Below are positions 30,943-32,715 of a stretch of DNA of 32,715 bases, in pieces. Source of the stretch: a plasmid; the NCBI RefSeq assembly GCF_053078305.1, contig NZ_CP166878.1; one strand, written 5' to 3'. The notes beneath the pieces are model-generated. The model saw nothing but the letters and a program-made list of their open reading frames with translations, did no database searches and was not told where the DNA came from. The translations under genes were made by a program, and so were the position numbers. Every line of letters starts with the position of its first letter. The first letter of the stretch is position 1.

Positions 30943-31883
30943 TTTTTGGGAAGTCCTCTTACTGAACCAACAGAAAGAGGACGAAAAAGAGGAAACATGA
31001 ATGTTTCCTCTGCCATGTTACTACCGTGAATTTTCAGCTACTTATCTGTACTGGTTGCCTCCAGTATTTTCAGATTCATCTACAGACTTCGGCTATATCG
31101 TCTGTAGATTTTTGCGCCTACTCGTTCACTCTCCCACACTCAGGAATGTAATTTCGGTGCCACCCGAAATTTTCCAGAGTGCTTCCCACGTTAGCTGATC
31201 TTGTCGGGATAACCCGCCACTGGCTCAGACAAACTACTAGGCTACGCCTTACCATTTCTGGCTTTCAGGGGGCCGAGATTCCAAAGCACCTCCCTTACTC
31301 ATAATTTGCCGTCAACACCATAGCCAGACACTTAAGTCATGGCTGGTTATCACTTACCCGAATGCGACCTCTTCGGACGCAATTACAGGCTTGAGCTTTA
31401 CAGCGATCTGCAAAGGTTGCCCCTCACAGTACCGACGTTTCCAGGTTTCCCCTCAACGCCCTGACACCTCACGATGCCCTCAGCAGCCCACCTGTCGGGA
31501 ATATGTTGTACCTTCTCAAGCACCCCATATTCGGGATTTTCACCCGTTCAAGATCAACAGGGATCACGTAGTCACCTACGTTCCCGTTTCCGTGTCGCCC
31601 AGTCTCACGCTTTGGCGTGGATTGGGTCGGACAGGGGAGTTTCACCCCCGAACGCCCTTCGTAGCCGTACCAGCCCAATTACAGGCATACGGCTTCGGCA
31701 GTAACTGTTATCAGGGTTGGCAGTCCTGATAACTCACCTTCGTTTGGCAGACGAAGGCTTTTGGCTTTTTTCGTCTTTCGACTTCCCAAAAATGCGTCGA
31801 GAGTTGGCAGCTCGCAACGCACGTTTTGTTACGTAAGCGATGCTTGATAGTCCGGCGCCCGAAAGGCTCGCATCGAGCCGGAC
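30943..31883 (-). ncRNA. ORF-less group II intron-like ribozyme with domain order D5-D6-D1-D2-D3
   Basis: All coordinates are plus-strand and the RNA is read on the minus strand.
- Domain V is AGCCGUAUGCCUGUAAUUGGGCUGGUACGGCU (31694-31663). It has the AGC triad, a 2-nt bulge and a 5-bp upper stem, and compares with the consensus GAGCCGUAUGCGAUGAAAGUCGCACGUACGGUUC.
- A domain VI-like hairpin with a GAAA loop and a bulged A (at 31627) spans 31657-31624.
- Downstream lies domain I-like sequence, including GGGUGAAAAUCCCGAA.
- A J2/3-domain III-like motif, UAGUAGUUUGUCUGAG, lies at about 31240-31225.
- The 13-nt termini UUUUUGGGAAGUC (31792-31780) and GACUUCCCAAAAA (30955-30943) are complementary.
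- A promoter-like sequence reads TTGCGC (31918-31913), a 17-nt spacer, then TATTAT (31895-31890).
- No reverse-transcriptase ORF is present. Confidence 0.55.
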
Positions 31884-31984
31884 ATCAGTATAATATTTAA
31901 CCTGTAAGCGCAGCGCAAGGAATCTCTTTATAAGGTATTCCCATATGTTGATTTCTTTTATGTAGCGGTTACTACATAGCTTTT

Positions 31985-32689
31985 ATGAGGATTTCGATGA
32001 TTTACCGTTTTAAAACCGATTTTATGCGTCAGATAGCCATGCTGTTTTCGCTGGGATATACAAGGTGGTTTGGTGGCGAAATTCCTCTAAACCCTCACTA
32101 TAAATTCGTGTCACTAAAAGCACGTTTTGATGAACTCTACGCTATCAATGCAACAGCACAACAACGTTTCAGGAGAAGAGAAAAAGGAGTAGCAAACTGC
32201 AAATTTCTTGTCTGGTTTGATGAAAAAAATGCAACTCTTTTATGGGTGTTACTTGCAACAGAAGGGGATGTATACAATGAAGAGAAATTTTATGATGGTA
32301 TGAATAAAAAAACTCGTATTTCTGTTTCAGGTTATGAACTAAAAACAGTTCCACATCGAGGTAGAAAACCTAGCGTTTCATGGGCTATGAAGAAAGAAAC
32401 TTATGAAAAGTGGCATGCGGATATAAAGAAGTCGATAAGAACAAGAAATGATGAGAATATAGAAAAATTATGGTATTCACTCAGGAGGGTGGCAGGGTTT
32501 AGTGAGTTACGTAGACAGGTATTTAAGTTACAGAGATATGCAATGACAGAGTGGAAACGCTCCAGAAGAGGTGAATATCCTTATGAGAAGATTTTTGTTG
32601 GATGGTTAGGACGATTTAAACAAAGTGAAACCATCACAGATGAAGAGCTTTTGTTAATATCGAAGTCAAAAAAAGCTGATATCTTTTAG
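31985..32689 (+). CDS. Hypothetical basic protein
   Basis: The 234-aa ORF contains several early Met codons, so the start is uncertain. It is divergent from the ribozyme-like locus. I recognise no family. Confidence 0.5.
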   Translation: MRISMIYRFKTDFMRQIAMLFSLGYTRWFGGEIPLNPHYKFVSLKARFDELYAINATAQQRFRRREKGVANCKFLVWFDEKNATLLWVLLATEGDVYNEEKFYDGMNKKTRISVSGYELKTVPHRGRKPSVSWAMKKETYEKWHADIKKSIRTRNDENIEKLWYSLRRVAGFSELRRQVFKLQRYAMTEWKRSRRGEYPYEKIFVGWLGRFKQSETITDEELLLISKSKKADIF

Positions 32690-32715
32690 TTTTATCAACA
32701 TAGCGTGAGGTGCTT

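Noticed and set aside
31001-31729. Four ORFs of 65-112 aa on both strands: 31001-31198, 31391-31729, 31469-31678 and 31474-31704.
   Set aside because: They overlap one another inside the highly structured group II-like RNA. They have no ribosome-binding sites and their composition is Pro/Arg/Ser-rich, which is typical of translated GC-rich structured RNA.
22488-31810. Recurrent TTGGCAG as a sigma54 (-24 TGGCAC / -12 TTGC) promoter element.
   Set aside because: No GC-containing -12 element lies at the correct spacing in any occurrence. Outside the three hairpin loops, the number of occurrences is close to chance expectation for a 7-mer in 32 kb.
31818-31822. GTGCG on the minus strand as the canonical 5' end of a normal group II intron.
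   Set aside because: It lies only about 125 nt upstream of the domain V-like element. That leaves no room for domains I-IV, and the domain I-III-like sequence lies downstream of domain VI instead.

Overview
This window reads as part of a conjugative plasmid of enterobacterial type. That is inferred from gene content only, because no search could be run.

Bases 1-15,600: a VirB/Trb-like type IV secretion locus.
- The genes present are the coupling protein, VirB11, VirB3, VirB2, VirB4, VirB5/TrbJ, VirB6, VirB8, VirB9, VirB10, a lipoprotein, VirB1, TrbM-like and SSB.
- After virB11 the locus is interrupted by a 10x 8-bp tandem array, a ccdAB toxin-antitoxin cassette bracketed by two direct copies of a 194-bp non-coding repeat, and a small antisense gene.
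- A G13 tract sits in the promoter region of the main T4SS operon.

Bases 15,800-18,900: two adjacent replicons.
- One is a ColE2-type primase-like Rep with its origin motif at the gene's 3' end.
- The other is an IncFII-family RepA with a predicted CopA-like antisense RNA and a downstream DnaA box. Its repA is flanked by inverted Tn21-like terminal-repeat sequences.

Bases 18,900-26,300: a mosaic accessory region.
- It holds a third copy of the 194-bp repeat and several small membrane, lipoprotein and hypothetical genes.
- It contains a pile of Tn3-family ends with two truncated resolvase fragments, and two miniature Tn3-derived elements with intact 5-bp target duplications.
- A promoter/operator cassette recurs four times.
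- It also carries a bactofilin-like gene and a parA/parG-like partition cassette.

Bases 26,400-30,700:
- an XRE-orf96-VapD tricistron
- two hypothetical genes, each led by a conserved hairpin that carries a compensatory base change
- a visibly AT-rich two-gene operon of unknown function

Bases 30,943-31,883, minus strand (the most unusual feature):
- This is an ORF-less RNA that looks like a group II intron.
- A near-canonical domain V and a domain VI with a bulged A lie upstream of domain I-III-like sequence.
- The whole unit is closed by a 13-bp terminal helix and has its own promoter-like sequence.
- This matches a circularly permuted group II ribozyme rather than a normal mobile intron.

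All family assignments come from reading motifs and from memory of reference sequences. None has been confirmed by a search.
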